Source: Hemiscyllium ocellatum (taxonomy: Eukaryota). From it: 64,000 bases of DNA. Positions 41,429 to 53,005 of this stretch are shown here, one piece after another. The DNA lies in NCBI RefSeq assembly GCF_020745735.1, contig NC_083421.1, positions 58,271,001 through 58,335,000 of the forward strand, given 5' to 3'. Both the position numbers and the translations under genes were made by a program. Each line of letters opens with the position of its first letter. Position 1 is the stretch's first letter. Below the pieces are notes generated by a model. It worked only from the letters and a program-made list of their open reading frames with translations, had not been told where the DNA came from and ran no database searches.

Positions 41429-41449
41429 ATATATATATATATATATATA
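41429..41449. repeat. (TA)n microsatellite at the start of intron 1
   Basis: ATATATATATATATATATATA. Confidence 0.9.
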
Positions 41450-41512
41450 ATTCCCCTCTCTTTTAAATGCGGGTACATCGGAGGCGTCGACATTTAGAAA
41501 ATTTCCATTTAC

Positions 41513-41693
41513 CTATTCCATAGGCTTTGGAAAAGATCCACGCCAGATTGGCGGCTATCTTGGCCCTGGATGAATCGTAGAGCTCCAGAGGAACAATCTC
41601 AGCGCAGTCGGACTCAGACAGCTCCAGCATCTTTCTGCTGCTGCTGCTGCCATCTCCAGATGCACCGCAGCCACTGAAATCCACATCCACCAT
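41513..41693 (-). CDS. CAMSAP1: First coding exon of calmodulin-regulated spectrin-associated protein 1 (microtubule minus-end binding protein)
   Basis: Translation MVDVDFSGCGASGDGSSSSRKMLELSESDCAEIVPLELYDSSRAKIAANLAWIFSKAYGI matches the CAMSAP1 N-terminus (human ...RKME...DLVPLDRYDAARAKIAANLQWICAKAYG). 'VPL..YD..RAKIAANL' is CAMSAP1-type rather than CAMSAP2/3 (YDFSRAK). ATG at 41693 in strong context (GAGATGG). The exon ends in phase 1 at ATAG|GTAAAT (GT at 41512-41511), the position expected before D-N-I-P. Lies in a CpG island. Confidence 0.93.
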
Positions 41694-42099
41694 CTCCAGC
41701 GTGTGCTTAATCGAGCCGAATTTTCCGCGAAAATAAATAAATATCCACCGGTGATTTTTTTTTTCCCCTCCGACAAGAAGAGTGTTTTTATTTCTCTTTC
41801 ACTCCCCTCCCCTCCCCTCCCCCGGGGTCAGTCGAGGCTGTCCAGAAGCCGCATTAATCGAGCTCGGCGGCCGCCTCCCTCAGGCGCGGCCTACCTCCCG
41901 ACGCTCCAAAAATGAATGGGACTTCGCCGAACACAATGAAATGGCCGGCTTCACTCGGGAAACCATCGAATCAAGTCGGTCATTTCCAAGAGGCGGTTGT
42001 CATGATGGCTCAGCCCCGATGCTCTCCCGAAGCTGGCTGTAGGCGGCCTTTGGCGTGCTACCTGCTGCTGCTCCTCCTCCTCCCTGCAACCGACCCCCT

Positions 42100-42391
42100 C
42101 CTCCCCGCCCCCAACGTTCGCCTCCGGGCCGTTAGAAACGCCCCGCCCCCTCTACTCTGCGCACGCGTCAATCGTCCGTCTCGGTTCCACCCCAATCCGC
42201 ATGCGCGTCCCCGGCGTTGCTGCCGGCGCTCGCGTCGGACGACCGGTGGGGTTCCTACGCATGCGTCGACGGTACCCGTCTTCCCTCTTACTGCGCATGT
42301 GTTGTTCGGGCTCTGGATGGATTGGGCCGCACCCCCCTTTCCACTGCGCGTGCGCATGATCAGCCTTCTTTTTCTCCTGTCATGGACCAAT
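42100..42391 (-). promoter_or_regulatory. TATA-less proximal promoter of CAMSAP1 (GC boxes, NRF1-like sites, CCAAT boxes)
   Basis: CCCCGCCCCC at 42103-42112 and 42141-42150. GCGCAYGCGC-like sites at 42158-42167, 42198-42206, 42257-42266, 42292-42300 and 42345-42356. CCAAT/ATTGG at 42192, 42321 and 42387. Confidence 0.75.
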
Positions 42392-42947
42392 GGTTGTGCT
42401 GTGACTGTTGTGGAGGGAAATTCAAATAGGGAAGATATAAGCATAATGTTTCTCTTTTTCTAAAGCTTTACTGATTTTATTTCGTACTTTTAAAAGTTTG
42501 TATCGTTTATTAAGAGTGTACTTTTTCTCTGAGTGCAAATTCTGAAAGTTTATTTTGTTTACTCACTGCTCTGATGGGCTCAGCTGTTGATACCAAGTTT
42601 TTTGTTTCTTCGTCATTGTAACTTGCTTGTGTTCTATAAGGACATGGATTTACTATATCCAAAAGGCATACATTTCCAAAACACCTTCGACAAGGTGCCA
42701 TACCTTGTCGTGGTGCTGCAAGATAAAGGTGCTTGGCATTAGGGGTACCGTATTAACTTGGATAGAGGAAAGGTTGACTAACAGGAATCAAAGAGTGGGG
42801 ATATTCTGGCTGGCAATCAGTGACTAGTGGTGAGCCTCTGTGATTGGTGTTGGAACCACAATTATTTGCAATTTATATAGATGATTTGGAGTTGGGGACC
42901 TTGTGTAGGGTATCAAAGTTTGCAGATAGAGTCATAGAGATGTACAG

Positions 42948-43090
42948 GTAAAAAAATGAGGTCTGCAGATGCTGGAGATCATAGCTGAAAATGTGTTGCT
43001 GGTTAAAGCACAGCAGGTTAGGCAGCATCCAAGGAATAGGAAATTCGACGTTTCGGGCATAAGCCCTTCATCAGGACTTAGAGCCCTTCA
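42948..43090 (-). mobile_element. Family-A element inserted in the 3' tail of a CR1
   Basis: 16-bp TSD TCATAGAGATGTACAG at 42932-42947 and 43091-43106. Intact hammerhead plus a partial second copy (GAGCCCTTCATCA, 43081-43093). Confidence 0.92.
43047..43074 (-). ncRNA. Minimal hammerhead ribozyme (intact core) in family-A element
   Basis: Minus strand CTGATGA-A-GGGC-TTAT-GCCC-GAAACGTC; stem I only short (TC/GA). Confidence 0.8.
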
Positions 43091-46000
43091 TCATAGAGAT
43101 GTACAGCATGGAAACAGACCTTTCGGTCCAACCCGTCTATGCCGACCAGATATCCCAACCCAATCTAGTCCCACCTGCCAGCACCCGGCCCATATCCTTC
43201 CAAACCGTTCCTATTCATCTACCCATCCAAATGTTGCAATTGTACCAGCCTCCACCACATCCTCTGGCAGCTCATTCCATACACGTACCATTCTCTGCAT
43301 GAAAACGTTGCCCCTTAGGTTTCTTTTCTATCTTTCCCCTCTCACCTTAAACCTATGCTGTCTAGTTCTGGACTCTCTGACCCCAGGGAAAAGACTTTGA
43401 CTACTTATCCTATGCATGCCCCTCATAATTTTGTAAACCTCTATAAGGTCACCTCTCAGCCTCCAATACTCCGGGGGAAACAGTCCCAGCCTGTTCAGCC
43501 TCTCCCAGTAGCTCAGATCCTCCAACCCTGGCAACATCCTTGTAAATATTTTCAAGTTTCACATCATCTTTCTGATAGGAAGGAGACCAGAATTGCACGC
43601 AATATTCTGTACAGCCGCAACATGACCTCCAAACTCCTGTACCCAATACTCTGACCAATAAAGGAAAGCATACCAAATGCCTTCTTCCTTATCCTTTCTA
43701 CCTGCGACTCCACTTTCAAGGAGCTATGAACCTGCACTCCAAGGTCTCTTTGTTCAGCAACGCTCCCTAGGACCTTACCATTAAGTGTATAAGTCCTGCG
43801 GAGATTTGCTTTCCCAAAATGCAGCACCTCGCATTTATCTGAATTAAACTCTATCTGCCACTTCTCAGCCCATTGGCCCATCTGGTCCAGATCCTGTTGT
43901 AATCTGAGGTAACCCTCTTCGCTGTTCACTACACCTCCAATTTTGGTGTCATCCGCAAACCTACTAACTGTACCTCTTATGCTCGCATACAAATCATTTA
44001 TGTAAATGACAAAAAGTAGAGGGCCCAGCACCGATCCCTGTGGCACTCTACTGGTCACAGGCCTCCAGTCTGAAAAACAACCCTCCATCACCACCCTCTG
44101 TCTTCTACCTTTGAGCTAGTTCTGTATCCAAATGGCTAGTTCTCCCTGTATTCCATGAGATCTAACCTTGCTAATCAGTCTCCCATGGGCAACTTTGTTG
44201 AACGCCTTACTGAAGTCCATATAGATCACATCTACTGCTCTGCCCTCATCAATCTTCTTTGTTACTTTTTCAAAAAGCTCAATCAAGTTTGTGAGACATG
44301 ATTTCCCACGCACAAAGCCATGTTGACTATCCCAAATCAGTCCTTGCCTTTCCAAATACATGTACATCCTGTCCCTCAGGATTCCCTCCAACAATTTGCC
44401 CACCACCGAGGTCAGGCTCACCAATCTACAGTTCCCTGGCTTGTCTTTACCGCCCATCTTAAACAGTGGCACCATGTTTGCCAACCTCCAGTCTTCTGGC
44501 ACCTCACCTGTGACTATCAATGATATAAATATCTCAGCAAGAGTCCTGCAATCACTTCTCTAGCTTCCCACAGAGTTTTCTGGTACACCTGATCATGTCC
44601 TGGGGATTTATCCACTTTTAACCATTTCAAGACATCCAGCTCTTCCTCCTCTGTAATCTGGACATTTTTTTCAAGATGTCACCATCTATTTCCCTACAGT
44701 CTATATCTTCCATATCCTTTTCCACAGTAAATAGTGATGCAAAATATTCATTTAGTATCTCCCCCATTTTCTGTGGCTCCACACAAAGGCCGCCTTGCTG
44801 ATCTTTGAGGGGCCCTCTTCTCTTGCTAGTTACCCTTTTGTCCTTAATATATTTGTAAAAACACTTTGGATTCTCCTTAATTCTATTTTCCAAAGCTATC
44901 TCATGTCCCTGTTTTGCCCTCCTGATTTCTCTCTTAAGTATACTCCTACTTTCTTTATACTCTTCTAAGGATTCACTCGATCTATCCTGTCTATACCTGA
45001 CATATGCTTCCTTCATTTTCTTAACCAAACCCTCAATTTTTTTAATCATCCAGCATTCCCCATACCTACCAGCCTTCCCTTTCACCCTGACAGGAATATA
45101 CTTTCTATGGATTCATGTTATCTCATTTCTGAAGGCTTCCCATTTTCCAGCCGTCCCTTTACCTGCGAACATCTGCATCCAATCAGCTTTCTAAAGTTCT
45201 TGCCTAATACCGTCAAAATTGGCCTTTCTTCAATTTAGAACTTCAACTTTTAGATCTGGTCTATCCTTTTCCATCACTATTTTCAAGCAAATAGAATTAT
45301 GGTCGCTGGCTCCAAAGTGCTCCCCCATTGACACCTCAGTCACCTGCCCTGCCTTATTTCCCAAGAGTAGGTCAAGTTTTGCACCTTCTCTAGTAGGTAC
45401 ATCCACATACTGAATCAGAAAATTGTCTTGTACACACTTAAGATGACACTAAGATGAGTGGCTGGGCGAACTGTGCAGAGGACTGAAACTTTGCAGAGGA
45501 GAATAGATACATTGAGTGGACAAAGGTCTGGCAGATGCAATGCAATGTAAATAAATGTAAATTCATACATTTTGGTAGGAGTTGCAGTAAAAAGGATTAT
45601 TACTTCAATGGTTAAAAGTTGCAGCATTGCTGCTATGAAGAGGGACGTGGGTTGGCCTTGTGCATGAATCACAGAGGTTTGGTTTGCAGGTACAACGAGT
45701 AATTAGGAAGGCAAATGGAATTTTGTCCTTCATTGCTAAATGGATTGAGTTTAACAGCAAAGACGTTCTGCTGCAGCTGTACAAGGTGCTGGTGAGGCCA
45801 CACTTGGAGTACTGTCTACAGCTTTGGTCTCCTTCCTTGAGAATGGATGTACTGGGAGAGGGAGTGCAGAGGAGGTTCACTAAGTTGAGTCTAGAACTGG
45901 AGAGTTGGCTTATGAGGAGAGACTGAGTAGATTGAAATTATATTCATTGGAATTCAGAAGATTAAAGGGAGATCTTATAGAAACATAAAATTATGAAGGG

Positions 46001-46475
46001 AATAGATAAGTTAGAAGTAGAGAGAATGTTTCCACTGACAGATGAAGTTAGGACAAGACGGCATAGCCTCAAGGTTATTGGAGCAGATTTAGGACTGAAT
46101 TGAGAAGGAACTTCTTCACCCAGAGGGTTGTTAATCTATGGAATTCTTTACCCAGTAAAATAGTTGACATTACTTCAGTGGATGTTTTTAAAGCTTAGGT
46201 AGATATTTGTTTGAACAATAAAGGAATTAAGGGATACTGTGAGAGTTCTGCTAAATGGATCTGAGCCCACAAAAAGATCAGCCATGATCTTATTGAATGG
46301 CAGAGCAGGATCGAAGGGCCGGATACCCTACTCCTGCTCTTAGTTCTTATGTTTTTAATGTATGATAAGTGGCTCTTACAAGATCGCTTTTGCTTCCTAT
46401 ATATATTGATTGTGACCAAAAACTCACCATTTGGATGATTTGCTAGTTAAACGATTGTCTTCCTCTCAGAAAGCA

Positions 46476-46541
46476 AACATCACATAACACCAGGTTATAG
46501 TCCAAAAGTTTTATTTAAAAGTACAAGCTCCTTTCTTCAGG
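46476..46541 (-). mobile_element. Fragment of family-B element
   Basis: ATCACATAACACCAGGTTATAGTCCAA... matches 2311-2345. Confidence 0.6.
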
Positions 46542-47279
46542 ATCTAGACAATTATTATAAACATCAAAATTCACTGATGAAATTAGACCTCATTATACAA
46601 GAGCCTTCTGCAGTGGTGAAAAAAAAAGTTGATTTTCAATTAAATTCAGCATTGCATTATCTCACAAATAGTTCATGCATTCTCATGTTTGGATTGTTTA
46701 TGACATTATTTTCACATTCATGCTTGCAATAAATGTTTTTATTATCAACCAGATCAACATCGTCTTTTTTAATGGTGAAACATACTTGAGGGGTGGAATT
46801 ACCCACTCCTCTTTGTTTATTTGTTCCATTTTGAGCTTTGTGAGTATTTCACACCCACAAGAGCACGTCTTCAGTAACCAATATAACAAATATCCAACTT
46901 GCAAGTTCAAAGAATCACAACATAGGGATGGGTCATGTTGCTGCAGGCAATTTTTTTAAAAAAGTCTTTTTTAGAGATGTAGGTGGTTGTTGAGATTGAA
47001 GGAAACTGGGAAGGCTGTTCCACAGATTCAACACTGGCACTACCACTTTTCATTGTTTTTATCAGTACTTCAGATTTGGAATTGGGATTAAACTTTAGAT
47101 GTTTGCATTTGGTGTAATATTGGAAGATATTGTTAGAAGAAATATGGAAACCTATTGCAAGGTGTCATTAGTAACCTTTATAGAATGACCAATAAACTTC
47201 CAGTTAGATATGAGGAAATGTTTTCTTTTGACAGGGGAATTACAGCCATCTCATATTTCTTAGAAAATAAGAATTGAAT

Positions 47280-48070
47280 TATTGAAAAGACGCAAATGAT
47301 AAGGGTATAGATTCACATTAATACAGATAACCAGGCAGATTAGCAGAGCCTTAAAAAGGGGAAGAAATGAAATTTGTTTATCTGAGGAATGGAATTGAGA
47401 AACGCTACAGCAGGTACTGAGAAAATCTCTGTATAATCAGGCAGAGTTAACATGGTTTTGTGAGCAGAATTTATTTAATTTTTTTGAAGAAGTCACAAGG
47501 AAAGTGGACGAACGGGAACTAGTAGATATGGAATTCCAGAGGCAATTGACAAGGTGCTACATTAAATGTTACTTTGCAAAATAAAAGCTTATAGTGTAGA
47601 CATTTTTAGTCATCAATGGGATTAGGGCTTCACTGGCTGGGCCAACATTTATTGCCCATCCCTAATTGCCAGAGGACAATTAAGAGTCAATCACACATTG
47701 CTGTACGTCTGGAGTCACATGGAGACCATACCAGGTAAGGATGGCACTTTCCTTCCCTAAAGGATAGTGAATCAGATGGATTTTTCCAACAATTGACAAT
47801 GAATTCATGGACATCATTAGGCTCTTAATTCCAGATTTTTATTGAATTCAAATTCCACTATCTTCCTTCCAGCAATAATACCAAGGGTGTAATACATCAG
47901 CATGAGGACAAAATTGATTAACTAACAGAAACAGTAAACATAAATTAGTCATTTTCAGGTTGACAAAATATAATAAATGGAGTGGCCACATGGATCAGTG
48001 CTGGATTCTCAATTGATTTGGGTGAAGGGATTGAAGAATGGTGCTAAATTTGCTGATGTTTTGGGACAAA
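47280..48070 (+). mobile_element. Decayed CR1 fragment with nested SINE (47610-47870)
   Basis: QHGF-like and FEEVT..VD remnants; nested SINE on the minus strand. Confidence 0.55.
47610..47870 (-). mobile_element. Second SINE family with CR1-type tail; related copies near 8000-8185, 29180-29460, 32900-33240, 39770-39970, 59310-59740
   Basis: Shared GCCAACATTTATTGCCCATCCCTAATTGCC...GAGTCACAT...CCAGGTAAG...TTCCCTAAAGG...GAATTCAAATTCCAC. Confidence 0.6.
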
Positions 48071-50249
48071 TGGCTGAGTTGGTAGGGAAGATCTCTGAAT
48101 GCATGAATGTTGACTACAGGGAAAAAAAACTTGAGGGGAGATGTTGCATGAGGTAATTGTTCTTCTGAAAGAGTTAATGTTGAAGACTGCATGACATCCC
48201 ATACATTGTGATGATGTCATAAAATCCTGGATGGAGAACTGATGAATCAAGACCTTGATGGCATCAGAGGGTGTTATTCCTGGCTCTTGATAATCTTAGT
48301 AATTATACCTAGAAATCCAATGTAATCTGGATCCTTTATCATTATGAAATAAATTACATCTTATTAGTGGTTCATCCTCTACTAATGTTAACCATAGAGA
48401 ATCTTCACACTCAGAATTGAAAGGAGGATTGGTGTGCTCTTAAGGTGCAGTGGTAGTGTTTCTATTTCTAATTAGAAAACATCGCGAAAGGAGGATTTGT
48501 GAGAGCACTCTACCCTAACAATTAGCTGGTGGTGATTGGTTCCACAGGCATACAACACCATTGTGTGGTTTAGCTAATCTGCAGAGCTCCAACGTATGTC
48601 TAAGTATGCCGTGGATAATCAGATTAGGTTTGACTGTGTAATATTTAATATTGGTGCATTCCAGACAGTGAAACTTCTAATATCAAATACCCAAGCACTT
48701 TAAGTTCAGGAAACTTCTGCATCTAGATGTTCAGAGATTCAGTTCTTGTTTTGGTGAGGAAAAGCAAATTAGAACAACACAGTAGAATAACACTTTGTGT
48801 TCAAAATCGCTTTTTCACACATACCATTTCCTTTCAACTTCTGAATGGATTAACCAATAAAGCAATCACAGTACAGTGCAGAAGAAGGCTATTCAGCCCA
48901 CTGAGTCTGCTATTCTCTTTCAAAGATTAATTCAGCTGGTCCCACTGTTTCACTGTGTCATTGCAATTTTGCCTTCAAATATTTATCCAATTTTCATGCT
49001 GAATTTTCAAATCTGTATTCAATATTTTATCAGCAGTACATTCCAAATCTAACTGCGCATTACCTAAATATGTTTTCTCTCATGTTGTCTCATTCTTTTG
49101 CTGATTGTGTTAAATGCATGCACTGATAAATTACATAAATCTGTGGTCCAAACTTTTAAAGCTGTGTAAATTTTCAATACTGCTAAGAAAATTCCCTGTA
49201 TAACAGGTCTTTTAGTCAGCAGCCTTGTCATTGTTCCTTTGAAAAAAAATCTTATTTTTGAAATTGCCTGTAGCTGATTAAGCTCAAAAACACATTAGTG
49301 TGAAAGAACTCCTCTCTGATGCTGCTGGTTGCCATGGAAATGGGTAACATATGGCAAAGCCATTTTCAGCTCATGACGGAGGCAGGAGAAACAGTAAAAT
49401 GAGAAAAGGAGTATTTATCAATAAAGGTATTTAAGGAAATGGCATAAAATGTCATGTATGCAGGGAGCAATATTAACACAATCATCCCCAAAATAGAAGC
49501 ATCGCACGTACCAAATAATACAGCACCACAAACAAATGCAGTCTTATGTGATAATCTGTACCAATTCTGAGAGCACTGTCTCTCTGGGCCTTATATGCAA
49601 TCCCAGGTGAAGTGATGACAACGTTTCCTTCACATAATTGAAATAGTATTGGTGGGTGATACTTTATGTTACACCGTTGAAGGTGCCTCCCTTCAAACAA
49701 TTCAATATACCAACAGCTTATCTACGTAGTCAACTGACTTGGCACTCAGGATTGAATAAACCTATTTGAAAAGCAATCAGTGTCCTGGTCAAAATTTTTC
49801 CTTTGATCAATACCACAGATTATCTAGTTATTCAGCTGCTGCTCCCTTTACCATCATGTTGTACGGAAAAATGACCACAATGTTTGCCCATTTATCAACA
49901 GTTTATGTAATCCATTAGAGTACAAGAAACTTAAGAGATGTGATGAGATTGGTTCTCAAATCTTCCATTGCTGTTTTGTTGCCCAAATAAGGCAAAAGAA
50001 CATCTCTCATGATAAAAAATTTATTGTGCGTGTAATGCATTCTCTTTTCACTGCTCTTCCCTGCATAACTCTCTCAATCACATACTGTTACCTAATCAGC
50101 AAGGATGTTCTCTCAGTCTTTGTATCTGACAATTGTGCTGGAGTAACGTGGTGAATCACTTGTAAATAGTTCCCTAGCATTCATTAATGATTTCAGGAGA
50201 GGAGGAAAGAAAGAAAGAGAAACAATTTTAGCAGCAGCATCCATTGTCC

Positions 50250-50580
50250 ATTTAGAGTCCTAGAGATATACAGCATGGAAACAGACCCTTTGGTCCAAGT
50301 CATTTATGCCATCCAGGTATCCTAAAATAATCTAGTCCCATTTGCCAGTATTTGGCCCATATTCCTTTAAACCCTTCCTGTTCATATATTCATCCAGATG
50401 CCTTATAAATATTGTACATGTACCTGCCCCCACCACTTCCTCATTCCATACACACATCACCTTCTACATGAATAGGTTGCCCCTTAAGTCTCTTTTAAAT
50501 CTTTCCCCTCTCATCTTAAATATATGCCCTCTAGTTTTGGACACCCCCACTCTGGGGAAAATACCTTGGCTAGTCACCCT
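50250..50580 (-). mobile_element. CR1 3' end fragment
   Basis: Homologous to 822-1150 and 43107-43400. Confidence 0.85.
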
Positions 50581-51319
50581 TACTAAAGAATATTTGATTT
50601 TGGGATATGGATTACACTGGCAAAGCCACATTAAGTACAAAGTTTATTTAGATTATTGTAAAGTACAACTCCAATGTTCTTGTTGTCCTTGGATGGTGTT
50701 ACTGGGATTTGCCCTAGGACTCTTTTAGTCTTTCCAGAGATCCCAGTTTCTCCACATTGTGAATTCCTTCTCTGTATTTTGTAAAACAATTATGTTGTCA
50801 CAATTTTACTTCATTTCTCTCAGATTTTAGACTCTGAGAGGGCCTAATTTCTGTTCATTCTGCACGTTGGCAAGACACCCAATTTCCCTTTGGAAGGGGG
50901 TGAGCTGTTCTTCAACTGTTACAGCCCATGTGGTGTAGGTACACCTAAACTGCTGTTTTAGGGAAAGAGTTCCTGAATTCAGACCCAGTAACGTCTTTAT
51001 CCTAGAAAATGTCAAACCTTTTGAATGTTGTGGACATGTGCCAATCCATGAAAATTCTATCACACTCTTGATTTGTGTTTTATTGGTGGGAGATACGCTT
51101 TATGAATCAGGAAGTTACATGCCAAAGAATATCCAATCTCTGACCTGCTCTAAAGGCATTTATGTGGGTGGTTCAGTTGAATTCCTGATCAATAGTGATC
51201 CATCCAGGAAATAGTGGAGGATTTGATAAGTAATGTGTCACAGTGTCAAGAAGAGGTATTTGGGATCTGCCCTGTTGGAGAATAACATTTGTTATTCCAA
51301 GGGGAGAACCCACCATCTG

Positions 51320-53005
51320 TGGTTACCTAAAATAAAGTAAGGACAGCTTCAAGCTTAAGGACACAAACATATAATTGCACAAAGATGATTGGCTGGTCAG
51401 ATGACTGATCATAATATAAAGAATAGAACAATGACTAAAACATTAATCAAGACAAATAAACCATGAGAGGAAGCTATCTAGAAATTAGTCAGAGTTTCTA
51501 TATTTATCTACAAAGGAAAAGAGGAAGTAAAATTAGTTTTAGTCTTCCAACAGGCAAGAATGTTAATTGAAGATATTAAAGAAATAGCAGATATAATATA
51601 AAAAAGTTTGGCTTCACTATAGATACTAAAAACATTCCAGTTATACGTACAAATCAGGAGGGTGAAGGAACAAAGGAAGTTAGTGAAATTACAGGTATTA
51701 GGGAAGAGGTACCGAGCAAGCTGTGGTGCTTGGGTTGTTAAGTCTCCAGATCCTGATGGACTTCATCCTAGAGCCCTGGAAGAGGTGGCTAATCTGGTAA
51801 TAGATGTATGCTGTTAATTTTCCAAAATTCATTAGGTTCTGGAAAGGTTTCATCAGACAAAAAAATAGCAAATATATCATCTCTATTTCAAAAAGGGAGC
51901 AAGGCAGAAAACAGGAAACAATAGCTTGACATCTTTTGTGGTGTTAAAATCAATGATTAAGGTGGTTACAACTGGGCACTTGAAATAACTCGAGATAATT
52001 GGGAAGAATTAGTATGGTTTTGAGGAAGGGATATCATGTTTAACCAATTCATTGGAATTCATTGAAATGATAGCATATGCTATGGATGAAGGAAGCCCAT
52101 TGATGTACCGTGCTAAGGTTTCCAGATGGTACTTGAGGAGGTTTCACATTTAAAAAATTGTGCAATGAAGGACCTTATAGTGGAAAGGCTAACATACTAG
52201 TATGCACAGAAGATTAACAGACTGGCAGAAAACAGAGAATAGGCTTAAATGGGTCTGTTTCAGATTGGCGGAGTATGATAAGTGGTGTCATACAAGGGTT
52301 TTTGCTGGAGCATCAACTTTTATCAAATCAAATTTATATCAGTGACTTAGATGTGGGGAATGAAATCATGGTAGTTAAATTTACAGATTACGCAGATGTA
52401 GGTAGGAAAGCATGTTGTGAAGCTGGCAATACAAGGATGCAGTCTGACAGTTATGTAAAGCAGATCGGCAAATCTCTGGCAGACTGAGTATAATGTGGGA
52501 AAATGTGAAGTTGAACACTTTGGCAGGAAGGATTAAAAAACAGAGTATTACTTAAACAGAGAAAAATGCAGAATTCCAATGTGCAAAGAGATCCAGATAT
52601 TTTAAAGCATGAGTCACAAATAATTAGTATGCAGGTACCAAGTTAAGAAGTCTAATGGAATTCAATCCTTCACTATAAGAGAAATCAAGCATGTAAGTAA
52701 GTATATATGTTGTATAGGGACAGAGATGAGGGAATTTTTCCTAACTCTGAGAGGGTTGTGCAACTTTGGAATTCCCCCTCAGAAGGTGTCATTGAATATT
52801 TTTAAGACAAGGAAATCATAGCCATAGCTTAATAATATTCTTCCTATAACTGGGTGACCAGAACTGGATACAGTATTCCAGAAGAGGCTTCACCAATGTT
52901 CAGGGTTAGAGGAATTTTTGGAATTAAGAACACAAGCAAATCAGTCATGATCTTACTGAATAACAAGACAGGCCTGTATGTCCAAATGGTCTACTTCTGC
53001 CCCTA
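51320..53005 (+). mobile_element. Decayed CR1 LINE
   Basis: KSPDPDGLHPR codons near 51740; ORF 52275 (SDLD...KFTD). Confidence 0.7.

Larger units (their letters stand above)
1..41512 (-). other. CAMSAP1: Intron 1 of CAMSAP1 (partial; exon 2 lies beyond the left edge or was not detected)
   Basis: GT donor at 41512. No DPFY..DQYEQEHIKPP (exon 2) peptide in the ORF track or seen by eye downstream on the minus strand. Confidence 0.7.
41270..42360. promoter_or_regulatory. CpG island spanning the CAMSAP1 promoter, 5' leader and exon 1
   Basis: Only CpG-dense, GC-rich, TE-free ~1.1-kb stretch in an otherwise AT-rich, CpG-depleted window. Confidence 0.9.
42928..45440 (-). mobile_element. Young CR1 (HER1-like) LINE nested in the outer CR1
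   Basis: ORFs 43328-45085 with EDWRLANMVPLFK, QHGFVRGKSCLTNL, VPQGSVLGP, FADDTK; AGAT at both junctions (42924-42927, 45441-45444). Confidence 0.92.
42640..46350 (+). mobile_element. Outer CR1 LINE, split at its FADD codons (42640-42927 and 45441-46350)
   Basis: ...AAGTTTGCAGAT | GATGACACTAAG...; ORF 45660 RKANGILSFI..LVRPHLEYC; 3' tail ~46340. Confidence 0.85.

Noticed and set aside
41463-41512. ORF-track extension of the CAMSAP1 peptide (GKWKFSKCRRLRCTRI)
   Set aside because: Read-through into intron 1 past the GT donor at 41512; homology stops at AYGI.
41703-42463. Several overlapping 70-183 aa ORFs in the CpG island
   Set aside because: Low-complexity Arg/Pro/Ala-rich frames expected from stop-codon scarcity in GC-rich DNA; no recognisable homology.
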